Assembly: GCF_988242995.1 (NCBI RefSeq)
Contig: NZ_OZ547043.1
DNA length: 64,000 nucleotides
Direction: 5' to 3' (one strand)
In this document: piece after piece, positions 38,562 through 48,848 of the stretch
How positions within the stretch are numbered: position 1 is the stretch's first letter
How the letters are laid out: the number at the start of each line of letters is the position of its first letter
Made by a program: the position numbers and the translations under genes
Notes under the pieces: model-generated
Seen by the model: only the letters and a program-made list of their open reading frames with translations
What the model was told of the DNA's origin: nothing
The model's database searches: none

Positions 38562-40217
38562 TTACTTCTGTAACCACCAGACAGCCTCAAAAGGCCGTAA
38601 AGTCATGGCACAGGGTTGTGGTGAGGCTTCTTCGTAGTTATGCATCACAAGCTGCCAGTTGCCGAGCATTTTCCCTGGCTGCCAGGGTTGGGTCTCACGG
38701 CTAAGGTTGGCAATGACCAGCAAGGTTTGCTCCTTCCACTCACGGCGATAGCACCACAATACAGGGCTGTTTGGCAGCAGATCCTGGTAATCGCCCCATG
38801 TCAGGACGGCTTCTTGCTTACGCAGTGCGATTAACTTTTGGTAGGTGTAAAACACCGAGGACTCATCGGTCAGCGCGGCTTCTACGTTGATTTCCTGATA
38901 GTTATCGCCCAGACCAATCCACGGTTCGCCAGCCGTAAACCCGGCATTATCGCCGTTGGTCCATTGCATGGGTGTGCGACTGTTGTCACGGGATTTACTG
39001 GCGAGGATTGCCAATAACTCGTCGGCATCACGCCCATCGTTGCGCAGCTCGGCAAACATATTGAGGCTCTCCACGTCGCGATAGTCAGTAATGCGCGTGA
39101 AATGCGGGTTGGTCATGCCAATCTCTTCGCCCTGGTAGATATACGGCGTTCCCTGCATGCCATGCAGCACCATCGCCAGCATTTTTGCCGCAGGCACGCG
39201 GTATTCACCTTCATCACCAAAGCGAGAAACAATGCGCGGCTGATCGTGGTTACACCAGAACAAGGCATTCCATGCCACGTTGTGCATTCCTTGTTGCCAG
39301 TGGCGGAACAATGTTTTCAACGCCACAAAGTCAGGTTTAGCCAGCGTCCATTTTTCACCACCGGGATAATCGACTTTCAGGTGATGAAAATTAAAGGTCA
39401 TCGACAATTCACTGCCTGTCAGTGCCGCATATCGCTGGCAATGCTCAAGGCTGGTGGAGGACATTTCACCTACGGTCATTAACCCGCGTGGCGTAAACAC
39501 ATCGCGGTTCATCTCGTGCAAAAACTCGTGTGCTCGTGGCCCGTCGGTGTAGAAGCGACGCCCGTCGCCATCCAGGTCATCAGGGAAACGCGGGTCTTTG
39601 GAGATCAGATTCACCACATCCAGGCGCAACCCGTCGACCCCACGATCGGCCCAGAACTCACAGACTTTTTTCAGCTCTGCGCGTACCGCTGGATTCTCCC
39701 AGTTGAGATCCGCCTGTTCTGGTGCAAAGAGATGCAAATAGTACTGTTCGCTTTCCGCATGCCAGCGCCACGCACTACCGCCAAATTTTGAACGCCAGTT
39801 GTTCGGTGGCGTTTCTGGTTCTCCATCGCGCCAGATATAAAACTGGCGGTAAGGGGTTGCTTTGTTCAGCGCCTCGCGAAACCAGGCATGTTGGGTAGAG
39901 GTATGGTTAAACACCATATCGAGAATGATACGAATCCCGCGCGATTTTGCCTGTGTCACCAGTTCGTCAAAATCGTCCAGCGTGCCGTAGGTGGGATCAA
40001 TAGCCGTATAGTTCGCTACGTCGTAACCGTTATCAACCTGGGGAGAGACATAAAAGGGGGTTAGCCAGATGGCATCAACGCCCAGTTTATGCAGATAGTC
40101 CAGGCGCTGGATAACGCCACGTAAATCGCCGGTGCCGCTACCCGTGGTGTCCTGAAAACTCTTTGGATAAATCTGGTAGATAACGCCGTTTTGCCACCAG
40201 TGGGGAAGATGAGTCAT
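38562..40217 (-). CDS. treC: Trehalose-6-phosphate hydrolase (GH13)
   Basis: 551-aa product MTHLPHWWQNGVIYQIYPKSFQD...; internal start chosen within track ORF 38562-40364. Confidence 0.95.
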   Translation of the reverse strand: MTHLPHWWQNGVIYQIYPKSFQDTTGSGTGDLRGVIQRLDYLHKLGVDAIWLTPFYVSPQVDNGYDVANYTAIDPTYGTLDDFDELVTQAKSRGIRIILDMVFNHTSTQHAWFREALNKATPYRQFYIWRDGEPETPPNNWRSKFGGSAWRWHAESEQYYLHLFAPEQADLNWENPAVRAELKKVCEFWADRGVDGLRLDVVNLISKDPRFPDDLDGDGRRFYTDGPRAHEFLHEMNRDVFTPRGLMTVGEMSSTSLEHCQRYAALTGSELSMTFNFHHLKVDYPGGEKWTLAKPDFVALKTLFRHWQQGMHNVAWNALFWCNHDQPRIVSRFGDEGEYRVPAAKMLAMVLHGMQGTPYIYQGEEIGMTNPHFTRITDYRDVESLNMFAELRNDGRDADELLAILASKSRDNSRTPMQWTNGDNAGFTAGEPWIGLGDNYQEINVEAALTDESSVFYTYQKLIALRKQEAVLTWGDYQDLLPNSPVLWCYRREWKEQTLLVIANLSRETQPWQPGKMLGNWQLVMHNYEEASPQPCAMTLRPFEAVWWLQK

Positions 40218-40266
40218 TACGTTATTCCTGCAAATGCGAGGGGGCGCAATTGCGCCCCGAAGAAAA

Positions 40267-41688
40267 TTAAACAATGTCCAGCGTGCCCAGGCGGTATTTC
40301 CGCTGATAGATAAACGAGGTGAGTACAATCGGGATGATGATGGCGATAGCCATTGCCAGCGCAAACACCTGCCAGTAGCTCGGTTGAATCGAGAGAATTC
40401 CCGGCAGGCCGCCTACGCCGATGCCATTCGCCATAACGCCGTTCAGGCCGCATAGCAATCCTGCCAGACCAGAACCAATCATCGCGCACAGCATCGGGAA
40501 GCGATATTTCAGGTTGATGCCGTACATTGCAGGCTCAGTGACCCCAAGCCAGGCGGAGATAGCGGCAGGCACGGAGATCTCGCGTTCATTGTGCTTGCGG
40601 CTGGAAATGATAATGCCTATCACGGCGGAGCCCTGAGCGATATTCGACAGTGCAATCAGCGGCCACACTGGCGTGCCACCCATGCTTTGAATCATCTGCA
40701 AATCAATAGCAAGCGTGGTCTGGTGTACGCCGGTGATCACCAGTGGGGCGTACAGGAAGCCAAACAATGCCGCGCCAATAGGTGCAAAGCTGCCGGTCAT
40801 CAGGTGACGTACCGCAAAGGCAACGCCATCGCCAATCATGCGACCAAACGGACCAATCAGCGCATGGGCGAGGAACACCGCGAGGATCAGCGAACAGACG
40901 GGCACCACCACCAGATAGAGGTAATCCGGCACGATGCGCTTAAGACGAGTTTCAATAACGCCCAGCGCCAGCCCGGCTAACAGTGCCGGGATCACCTGCG
41001 CCTGATAGCCCACTTTGGCGATGCTGAACATGCCAAAGTCCCATACTTCCGGCAGCTGCTGCCCGAGCAGATAAGCGTTCATCAGCTGTGGAGAAACCAG
41101 CGTTACGCCAAGCACGATACCGAGGATCGGTGTACCGCCCATTTTTTTCACCGCTGACCAGCAAATCCCGACCGGCAGGTAGAAGAAGATCGCTTCACCG
41201 ATCAACCACAGAAAATCGTAGATCGTTTGCAGGGAAGGGTACATTTGCGCCAGCGTCTGACCGTTGCTCATGGGCAAATCGCCGATCACATTGCGAAAAC
41301 CGAGGATCAAACCACCACTAATCAACGCGGGCAGCAACGGGAAGAAGATCTCCGCGAAATGAGAGATCAACTGCTCATGCCATTTCATATTCTGCCGTGC
41401 GGCTTTTTTTACCTGCTCTTTATCAACCTGCGCCTGTCCGGTTGACGCTATCAGTGCTTGATAGTAATCACCCACGTTGGTGCCAATCACCACCTGAAAT
41501 TGCCCGGCATTGGTGAAACAGCCTTTCACCATGGGGAGTTGCTCAATTTCTTTCGGTCTGGCATTGGCCGGTTGGTTGAGGACAAAGCGCAGGCGAGTAA
41601 TACAGTGGCTCACCGTCGCAATATTGCCGCGCCCGCCGACCAGTTCAATCAACCGATCGATATCCGTTTGGTTTATTTTGCTCATCAT
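40267..41688 (-). CDS. treB: PTS trehalose-specific EIIBC component
   Basis: 473-aa ORF with an N-terminal EIIB domain (CITRLR phosphorylation-site motif) and polytopic EIIC domain. Confidence 0.95.
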   Translation of the reverse strand: MMSKINQTDIDRLIELVGGRGNIATVSHCITRLRFVLNQPANARPKEIEQLPMVKGCFTNAGQFQVVIGTNVGDYYQALIASTGQAQVDKEQVKKAARQNMKWHEQLISHFAEIFFPLLPALISGGLILGFRNVIGDLPMSNGQTLAQMYPSLQTIYDFLWLIGEAIFFYLPVGICWSAVKKMGGTPILGIVLGVTLVSPQLMNAYLLGQQLPEVWDFGMFSIAKVGYQAQVIPALLAGLALGVIETRLKRIVPDYLYLVVVPVCSLILAVFLAHALIGPFGRMIGDGVAFAVRHLMTGSFAPIGAALFGFLYAPLVITGVHQTTLAIDLQMIQSMGGTPVWPLIALSNIAQGSAVIGIIISSRKHNEREISVPAAISAWLGVTEPAMYGINLKYRFPMLCAMIGSGLAGLLCGLNGVMANGIGVGGLPGILSIQPSYWQVFALAMAIAIIIPIVLTSFIYQRKYRLGTLDIV

Positions 41689-41753
41689 AAAGCCCCATGG
41701 CAGATGACATTTTTGGTTGGCTGCAGAATATATTGCGCGGAAAAATTTAAAAA

Positions 41754-41767
41754 CGGGAACGTTCCCG
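41754..41767. promoter_or_regulatory. Candidate TreR operator in the treB promoter
   Basis: Perfect 14-bp palindrome CGGGAACGTTCCCG about 70 bp upstream of the treB start. Confidence 0.45.
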
Positions 41768-41806
41768 AAACGCAGCGAAGATCACAATTTATCGTTCAGG
41801 AAACGA

Positions 41807-42754
41807 TCAGGACAGGGTGGCGGGGATGATGATTTGTTGCGGTTCGCTGCGCCCGGTTACCTGCGCGATCAACTGGCAGGCCGCCTGGCGTCCAGCTTCG
41901 GCGTAACCGGGATCTACGGTGACGATCTCCGGATGGAGGAATTTCATTAACGGCGTATTACCGACGCTCGCCAGTTGCAAGGTCTCGATGCGTTGCTCTT
42001 GCAGGTATTTACTTGCGCCAAGTGCCAGCGTGTCGGTTGCGCACAGTAACGCGGTAGTTTCAGGCGTAATCACTTTTGCTACGTTCTCATAGCCTTGCTT
42101 CATAGCAAGCCCTGGCAGAGCGGCAACGGGATGCAGTTTATGCACTTTGCAGAACGCCAGGTAGGCTTCGTGACGTCGCTTACCGGTCGTCACGTCACTA
42201 TGCGGCACGCCGAGATAACTGATATTACGATGCCCCTGGTCATACAGCCGTTGCATCAGGATCTTGATTGCCCCTTCGTCGTCATAACAGACCGAAGCAA
42301 AGCCTTTTGCGTCACGCGCCAGCAGAACCAGCGATGACTGCCAGTGGGCTAACATTTCTTCTGTTATGCCGGTAAAACCGAACAGCACTACGCCGTCGAT
42401 ATTACGCCGTTTCAGCACCCCCAAATGTTCGGCAACTAATTGCGGGGAAAACTGACTTTCCATCATGATTGGGTCGTAACCTTGTTCATAGAACGCTGGC
42501 AGCATGGTTTGAACGGCGAGATTTTCTGACAACGAATCCAGACGGGTAACAATGATGGCGACCACTTTATCGCTTTGCCCACGCATAGCGCGCGCAGAGC
42601 GGGAAGGGGAAAATCCATGCTGATTCATCACTGCTTCAACACGCTCGCGCGTGCGCTGGCTCACGCCGCTTTCGTTATTCAGCACCCGGGAAACCGTAGA
42701 TTTCCCCACGCCGCTTAAGCGTGCGATGTCTTTGATGGTCAGCCGATTTTGCAT
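41807..42754 (-). CDS. treR: Trehalose operon repressor (LacI family)
   Basis: 315-aa ORF MQNRLTIKDIARLSGVGKSTVSRVLNNES... with N-terminal HTH and periplasmic-binding-like effector domain. Confidence 0.95.
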   Translation of the reverse strand: MQNRLTIKDIARLSGVGKSTVSRVLNNESGVSQRTRERVEAVMNQHGFSPSRSARAMRGQSDKVVAIIVTRLDSLSENLAVQTMLPAFYEQGYDPIMMESQFSPQLVAEHLGVLKRRNIDGVVLFGFTGITEEMLAHWQSSLVLLARDAKGFASVCYDDEGAIKILMQRLYDQGHRNISYLGVPHSDVTTGKRRHEAYLAFCKVHKLHPVAALPGLAMKQGYENVAKVITPETTALLCATDTLALGASKYLQEQRIETLQLASVGNTPLMKFLHPEIVTVDPGYAEAGRQAACQLIAQVTGRSEPQQIIIPATLS

Positions 42755-42827
42755 CCTGTTGTCCCGTAACGTGTTGTTTAATTATTTGAGCCTAACTTTA
42801 CCCGTGCATTCAGCAATGGGTAAAGTC

Positions 42828-42845
42828 TGGTTTATCGTTGGTTTA
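42828..42845 (+). promoter_or_regulatory. PhoP box of the mgtA promoter
   Basis: Direct repeat GGTTTA-tcgtt-GGTTTA matching the PhoP consensus, about 290 bp upstream of the mgtA start codon. Confidence 0.8.
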
Positions 42846-42869
42846 GTTGCCTGCAGGTATTATATCGCC

Positions 42870-43132
42870 ATAGATGCTACGAATATTATTGGATTCTCCT
42901 TATTATTTGCGGCGCTTTTTTCACTTACCGGAGGTTATATGGAACCTGATCCCACGCCTCTCCCTCGACGGAGATTAAAACTTTTCCGGTAAGCCCGTCT
43001 TTTCACGGCGTTACCGGATGCGTAAGGCCGTGACGTTTTAACGTCCCTGCTCAGCTTTATTACCTTCAGGTAAGGCTTCGCCACGCCTGAAGACATTTCT
43101 GTACTGTTTCAGACAGTGTGGAGGGACTCCTT
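42870..43132 (+). promoter_or_regulatory. mgtA leader (Mg2+/proline-responsive attenuator region)
   Basis: Long untranslated leader between the PhoP-dependent promoter and mgtA, containing the proline-rich leader ORF mgtL. Confidence 0.7.
42939..42992 (+). CDS. mgtL: mgtA leader peptide
   Basis: 17-codon [20 protein letters not shown] with a GGAGG ribosome-binding site inside the mgtA leader. Confidence 0.85.
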
Positions 43133-45829
43133 ATGTTTAAAGAAATTTTTACCCGGTTCATTCGCCATTTACCTTCCCGTCTGGTTCATCGCGATCCATT
43201 GCCTGGCGCGCAGCAGACAGTGAATACGGCGGTCCCGCCGTCCTTAAGTGCGCATTGCCTGAAAATGGCGGTGATGCCCGAAGAAGAATTGTGGAAAACG
43301 TTCGACACCCATCCGGAAGGATTAAATCAGGCGGAAGTGGAATCTGCCCGCGAACAACATGGTGAAAATAAATTACCCGCACAACAACCGTCGCCGTGGT
43401 GGGTTCATTTATGGGTCTGCTATCGCAACCCCTTTAATATTTTACTCACCATTCTCGGCGCTATTTCTTACGCCACGGAAGATTTATTTGCCGCGGGCGT
43501 TATCGCGCTAATGGTCGCTATTTCTACGTTGCTGAACTTTATTCAGGAAGCACGTTCCACTAAAGCGGCAGATGCCCTGAAAGCGATGGTCAGCAATACT
43601 GCGACGGTGCTGCGCGTAATTAACGACAAAGGCGAAAATGGCTGGCTGGAGATCCCGATCGACCAGCTGGTGCCCGGCGATATTATAAAACTGGCGGCAG
43701 GGGATATGATCCCGGCAGATTTACGTATCTTGCAGGCGCGGGATCTGTTCGTCGCTCAGGCGTCGTTAACCGGTGAGTCTCTGCCCGTGGAAAAAGCCGC
43801 TACTACTCGCCAGCCGGAGCACAGCAATCCGCTGGAGTGCGACACCCTGTGTTTTATGGGCACCACCGTGGTGAGCGGCACGGCACAAGCAATGGTGATT
43901 GCTACAGGAGCCAACACCTGGTTTGGTCAACTGGCGGGGCGTGTTAGTGAGCAGGAAAGCGAGCCGAATGCCTTTCAGCAAGGGATCAGCCGCGTCAGTA
44001 TGCTGCTGATTCGCTTTATGCTGGTGATGGCTCCGGTGGTGTTGCTTATCAACGGTTACACCAAAGGTGACTGGTGGGAAGCGGCACTGTTTGCGCTTTC
44101 GGTCGCGGTAGGCCTAACGCCGGAAATGTTGCCGATGATTGTTACCTCGACGCTGGCGCGCGGCGCAGTAAAGCTGTCGAAACAGAAAGTGATCGTCAAA
44201 CATCTGGATGCCATTCAGAACTTTGGCGCAATGGATATTCTGTGCACTGATAAAACCGGCACCCTGACACAGGATAAAATTGTGCTGGAGAATCATACCG
44301 ATATCTCCGGTAAAACCAGCGAACGCGTGCTGCATAGCGCGTGGTTGAACAGTCATTACCAGACCGGACTTAAAAACCTGCTTGATACCGCGGTGCTCGA
44401 AGGTACGGATGAAGAGTCAGCGCGCTCGCTGGCCAGCCGTTGGCAAAAAATTGATGAGATTCCGTTTGATTTCGAGCGTCGCCGGATGTCGGTGGTAGTG
44501 GCAGAAAATACCGAGCACCATCAGCTGGTTTGCAAAGGTGCATTGCAGGAAATCCTCAATGTGTGTTCGCAGGTGCGTCACAATGGCGAGATTGTGCCGC
44601 TCGATGACATCATGCTGCGTAAGATTAAGCGGGTTACTGATACGCTGAATCGTCAGGGGCTGCGCGTGGTTGCGGTGGCGACGAAATACCTGCCAGCGCG
44701 TGAAGGAGATTACCAGCGGGCGGATGAATCCGACCTGATCCTCGAAGGATATATTGCTTTCCTTGATCCGCCAAAAGAGACAACTGCTCCGGCACTGAAG
44801 GCATTAAAAGCGAGTGGCATTACCGTAAAAATCCTTACTGGCGACAGTGAGTTAGTTGCAGCGAAAGTGTGCCATGAAGTGGGGCTGGACGCGGGAGAGG
44901 TGGTCATTGGTAGTGATATTGAAACGCTATCTGACGACGAACTGGCAAATCTCGCACAGCGCACCACGCTGTTTGCTCGCCTGACGCCGATGCATAAAGA
45001 ACGCATTGTGACCTTACTGAAGCGCGAAGGGCATGTGGTTGGCTTTATGGGCGATGGTATAAATGATGCGCCCGCCTTACGTGCTGCGGATATCGGCATT
45101 TCTGTGGACGGCGCGGTAGATATTGCCCGTGAAGCGGCTGATATCATCCTGCTGGAAAAAAGCCTGATGGTGCTGGAAGAGGGGGTTATTGAGGGACGTC
45201 GCACTTTCGCCAACATGCTGAAATACATCAAAATGACGGCGAGTTCTAACTTCGGTAATGTGTTCAGCGTGCTGGTGGCGAGTGCTTTCTTGCCCTTCCT
45301 GCCGATGTTGCCGTTACACTTGCTTATTCAGAACCTGCTGTACGATGTGTCACAGGTGGCGATCCCGTTTGATAACGTCGACGACGAGCAAATTCAAAAG
45401 CCGCAGCGTTGGAATCCGGCGGATCTGGGGCGCTTTATGATCTTCTTCGGACCGATCAGCTCGATCTTCGATATTCTGACGTTTTGCCTGATGTGGTGGG
45501 TATTCCATGCCAACACGCCGGAAACGCAAACGCTGTTCCAGTCGGGCTGGTTTGTGGTGGGCTTACTGTCGCAAACGCTGATTGTGCATATGATCCGCAC
45601 CCGTCGTGTACCGTTTATTCAGAGCTGTGCATCGTGGCCGTTAATGATCATGACCGTGATCGTGATGATTGTCGGGATCGCATTGCCGTTTTCACCGCTG
45701 GCCAGTTATCTGCAGCTGCAGGCGCTGCCGTTAAGCTATTTCCCGTGGCTGGTTGCGATTCTGGCAGGGTATATGACGTTAACCCAGTTGGTGAAAGGAT
45801 TTTATAGCCGTCGTTACGGCTGGCAGTAA
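43133..45829 (+). CDS. mgtA: Mg2+-importing P-type ATPase
   Basis: 898-aa product MFKEIFTRFIRHLP... with P-type ATPase motifs DKTGTLT and GDGINDAPAL; internal start chosen within track ORF 43118-45829. Confidence 0.96.
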   Translation: MFKEIFTRFIRHLPSRLVHRDPLPGAQQTVNTAVPPSLSAHCLKMAVMPEEELWKTFDTHPEGLNQAEVESAREQHGENKLPAQQPSPWWVHLWVCYRNPFNILLTILGAISYATEDLFAAGVIALMVAISTLLNFIQEARSTKAADALKAMVSNTATVLRVINDKGENGWLEIPIDQLVPGDIIKLAAGDMIPADLRILQARDLFVAQASLTGESLPVEKAATTRQPEHSNPLECDTLCFMGTTVVSGTAQAMVIATGANTWFGQLAGRVSEQESEPNAFQQGISRVSMLLIRFMLVMAPVVLLINGYTKGDWWEAALFALSVAVGLTPEMLPMIVTSTLARGAVKLSKQKVIVKHLDAIQNFGAMDILCTDKTGTLTQDKIVLENHTDISGKTSERVLHSAWLNSHYQTGLKNLLDTAVLEGTDEESARSLASRWQKIDEIPFDFERRRMSVVVAENTEHHQLVCKGALQEILNVCSQVRHNGEIVPLDDIMLRKIKRVTDTLNRQGLRVVAVATKYLPAREGDYQRADESDLILEGYIAFLDPPKETTAPALKALKASGITVKILTGDSELVAAKVCHEVGLDAGEVVIGSDIETLSDDELANLAQRTTLFARLTPMHKERIVTLLKREGHVVGFMGDGINDAPALRAADIGISVDGAVDIAREAADIILLEKSLMVLEEGVIEGRRTFANMLKYIKMTASSNFGNVFSVLVASAFLPFLPMLPLHLLIQNLLYDVSQVAIPFDNVDDEQIQKPQRWNPADLGRFMIFFGPISSIFDILTFCLMWWVFHANTPETQTLFQSGWFVVGLLSQTLIVHMIRTRRVPFIQSCASWPLMIMTVIVMIVGIALPFSPLASYLQLQALPLSYFPWLVAILAGYMTLTQLVKGFYSRRYGWQ

Positions 45830-45834
45830 AGAAT

Positions 45835-46030
45835 AAACTGGGCATGGTGGCCCGGATTCAGATTGCAGACAAAGTGAGTTTTGTTCATGCCGGATGCGGC
45901 GTAAACGCCCAATCCGGCCTACAAATTCAATAAATTGCAGGAATCACGTAGGCCTGATAAGCGTAGCGCATCAGGCGATTTTGCGTTTGTCATCAGACTT
46001 AATCCGGGCATGATAGCCCGGATTTCCATC
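45835..46030. repeat. REP/BIME elements
   Basis: Several palindromic units (GCCGGATGCGGCG, GTAGGCCTGATAAGCG, CCGGGCATGATAGCCCGG) between convergent mgtA and ridA. Confidence 0.8.
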
Positions 46031-46034
46031 AAGA

Positions 46035-46421
46035 TTAGCGACGAACAGCGATCGCTTCGATCTCAATCTTCACGTCTTTCGGCAGACGGGCAACTTCAAC
46101 GCAAGAACGTGCCGGGAAGGTGGCGTTGTGTTCGGTGAAGAAGGCTTCGTAGGTAGCATTAACGGTTGCGAAGTCGTTCAGATCTTTCACAAACACGGTG
46201 GTTTTAACGATGTCGCCCACTTTCAGGCCTGCGGCTTCGACGATCGCTTTTACGTTATCCAGCGACTGACGAGCCTGTGCAGCGACGTCTGCCGGTACTT
46301 CGCCCGTTTTCGGATTTACCGGGATCTGACCGGAGGTGATGATCATATTGCCCAGATCAACGCCCTGTACGTAAGGACCGATAGCTGCCGGTGCATTTTC
46401 CGTCGCGATAGTTTTGCTCAT
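46035..46421 (-). CDS. ridA: Enamine/imine deaminase RidA (YjgF/TdcF family)
   Basis: 128-aa product MSKTIATENAPAAIGPYVQG...; internal start chosen within track ORF 46035-46493. Confidence 0.95.
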   Translation of the reverse strand: MSKTIATENAPAAIGPYVQGVDLGNMIITSGQIPVNPKTGEVPADVAAQARQSLDNVKAIVEAAGLKVGDIVKTTVFVKDLNDFATVNATYEAFFTEHNATFPARSCVEVARLPKDVKIEIEAIAVRR

Positions 46422-46493
46422 GATTTCTCCTTTATTACAGCGGTAAAAAGTCTGGCTCATTATAGGGAGCCAGACTTTTATTACCAACCGCAA

Positions 46494-46955
46494 TTAATTG
46501 GCCAGCACCACATTATGGGAAAACTCTTTTTCACAGTATTTGCATTTGAGCGCGATGTCATTGGCGCGTTTTCGCACGGCAAAGCTGGAAGAAACCGGTT
46601 CGGCATGGCTGATACAGTTGCTGTTCGGGCAGACCAGCACATTGTCGATGCGCTCCGGCAGACTGGGGCGCGATTTGCCAACCACTTCATAGTTGTCGAT
46701 ACGGTTAACCGTGGCTTGCGGTGCATACAATGCCAGTTGGTCTACTTGATCTTCACTCAAAAAGGTATTTTCGATTTTGATCAGATCTTTGCGGCCCATC
46801 TCGCCAGAAGGCAGGTTCAGACCAATGGTGATGCGCTGATCCGTTTCGGTCAGCTTGAACAGACTCAATAGTTTAAAACCGATCTGGGCGGGGATATGGT
46901 CAATTACCGTGCCGCGTTTAATAGCTTCAACCTGCAATTTATTATCGTGTGTCAT
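46494..46955 (-). CDS. pyrI: Aspartate carbamoyltransferase regulatory subunit
   Basis: 153-aa [29 protein letters not shown]... with a C-terminal zinc domain (CPNSNC...CKYC). Confidence 0.97.
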
Positions 46956-46967
46956 CTCTATTTCCCC

Positions 46968-47903
46968 TTACAGTACCAGATCGCGATTCAGAACCAGTGC
47001 CAGTAACGCCTGGCGAGCGAAAATCCCGTTGCCTGCCTGCTGGAAGTACCAGGCGTGCGGCGTTTTATCAACATCGGTGGCAATCTCATCAACACGCGGC
47101 AGCGGATGCAGCACTTTCATATTGGCTTTGGCGTTGTGGAGATCGCTGGCGCGAAGAACAAACTGCGCTTTCACGTTGGCGTACTCGGACGGGTCCAGAC
47201 GCTCTTTTTGCACGCGAGTCATGTACAGGATGTCTACTTCCGCCATCACTTCTTCAATAGAGCTGTGCAGACTCCAGGCGATCCCTTTTTCATCGAGCAT
47301 ATCAAGGATGTATTGCGGCATTGCCAGCGCGTCCGGCGCGATGAAGTAAAAACGGTTGCCGTCGAACTTCGCTAACGCCTGAGTCAGGGAGTGAACGGTG
47401 CGGCCATATTTCAGGTCACCAACCATTGCGACGTGGAGATTGTCCAGACGCCCCTGGGTTTCCTGAATGGTGAATAAGTCCAGCAAGGTTTGCGTCGGAT
47501 GTTGGTTGGAGCCATCACCGGCATTCAGTACCGGTACATTGCCGGAAAATTCGGTGGCCAGGCGCGCCGCACCTTCCTGCGGATGACGCATCACTATCGC
47601 ATCGACGTAAGTGCTGATAACCGAAATGGTATCGGCCAGCGTTTCGCCCTTTTTACCCAGTGATGTATTGGCGCTGTCGGAGAAGCCCACCACGCTGGCA
47701 CCCAGGCGGTGCATGGAAGTTTCGAAAGAGAGGCGGGTACGGGTAGAGGCTTCGAAGAAACAACTGGCAATGACTTTGTGCTTCAACAGCTCTGGTTGCG
47801 GGTTTGCTTTCAGTTTCGCCGCTGTCGCCAGCACCAGATTAAGGTCATCGCGACTAAGGTCGTTTATGGAAATGATATGTTTCTGATATAGCGGATTAGC
47901 CAT
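46968..47903 (-). CDS. pyrB: Aspartate carbamoyltransferase catalytic subunit
   Basis: 311-aa [28 protein letters not shown]... with the STRTR motif. Confidence 0.97.
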
Positions 47904-47906
47904 CTT

Positions 47907-48041
47907 TTATCTCCTGACGCCTGGGCAAAAAAAAGCCCCTCGATTGAGGGGCTGGGAATGGGTGATCAACGGGAAGAAAAACGGCAGGCCAGCGTCTTTT
48001 TTCAGACGCGGTAAGACAAAATGTCGAACACACTGAACCAT
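47907..48041 (-). CDS. pyrL: pyrBI operon leader peptide
   Basis: 44-codon ORF MVQCVRHFVLPRLKKDAGLPFFFPLITHSQPLNRGAFFCPGVRR ending 3 nt before pyrB. Confidence 0.9.
   Translation of the reverse strand: MVQCVRHFVLPRLKKDAGLPFFFPLITHSQPLNRGAFFCPGVRR
47927..47955 (-). terminator. pyrBI attenuator (Rho-independent terminator inside pyrL)
   Basis: Minus-strand stem-loop gcccctc/gaggggc followed by a run of eight U, about 25 nt upstream of pyrB. Confidence 0.9.
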
Positions 48042-48321
48042 ACATCCTCCCGGCAAATTGTCCGGCATTATACTCATCGTCAGAAGCGGTGCAAGCATTT
48101 GATGCAATATTTTGTCAGCGCAAACGGTTTATTTGAATTAAAAGTCAAAATACATGCATATTTATTTGTTGTGATTCTGAAGGGGAACTGTCGTTCGGTA
48201 TCAATAATTGCAGACATTTCCTGCTTTTTTCTTTTTCACTTTCACGCAATTAGAAATGCATTTTATTCCATTCATCCGACTTATAGGGCGGAGTGTGAAA
48301 ACGAACGGCTAACACTATTGC

Positions 48322-48717
48322 TTATAGCTCAGGGATGCGCGCTATCACTTTAATTTCAAAATCAAAGCCTGCCAGCCATGTAACGCCCACCGCCGTCCAG
48401 GTTGGATAAGGTGGGGCGCTAAATATTTCATTTTTCACCGTCATGATGTCTTCAAATTGTTTTTCTGGATCGGTATGAAAGCTCGTAACATCAATGATAT
48501 CGTCAAAAGTGCATCCCGCGGCAGCCAGGGTCGCATGCAAATTATCAAATGCCAGTCTGACTTGTTGCTGAAAATCGGGTTCTGGTGTTCCGTCCTCTCG
48601 ACTTCCTACTTGCCCGGAAACAAACAGCAAATCGCCGGAACGAATAGCCGCAGAATAACGATGCTCAGCATACAGTGAATGTCGGCCAGCAGGGAAAACA
48701 GGAGTTCTTTCTACCAT
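48322..48717 (-). CDS. yjgH: RidA/YjgF-family protein
   Basis: 131-aa product MVERTPVFPAGRHSLYAEHRYSAAIRSGDLLFVSGQVG...; internal start chosen within track ORF 48322-48801. Confidence 0.88.
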   Translation of the reverse strand: MVERTPVFPAGRHSLYAEHRYSAAIRSGDLLFVSGQVGSREDGTPEPDFQQQVRLAFDNLHATLAAAGCTFDDIIDVTSFHTDPEKQFEDIMTVKNEIFSAPPYPTWTAVGVTWLAGFDFEIKVIARIPEL

Positions 48718-48848
48718 TTGGTTATCCTCAAGATTTACGACATGAACAGAAGATTTATATTTACCGGGAGCCGCTTTTAGGGGGACGACGTGAGTAAACA
48801 AAACCCAGACATCATGGATAATGGCTGGGCTTAATTGAGCGTAGTCGC

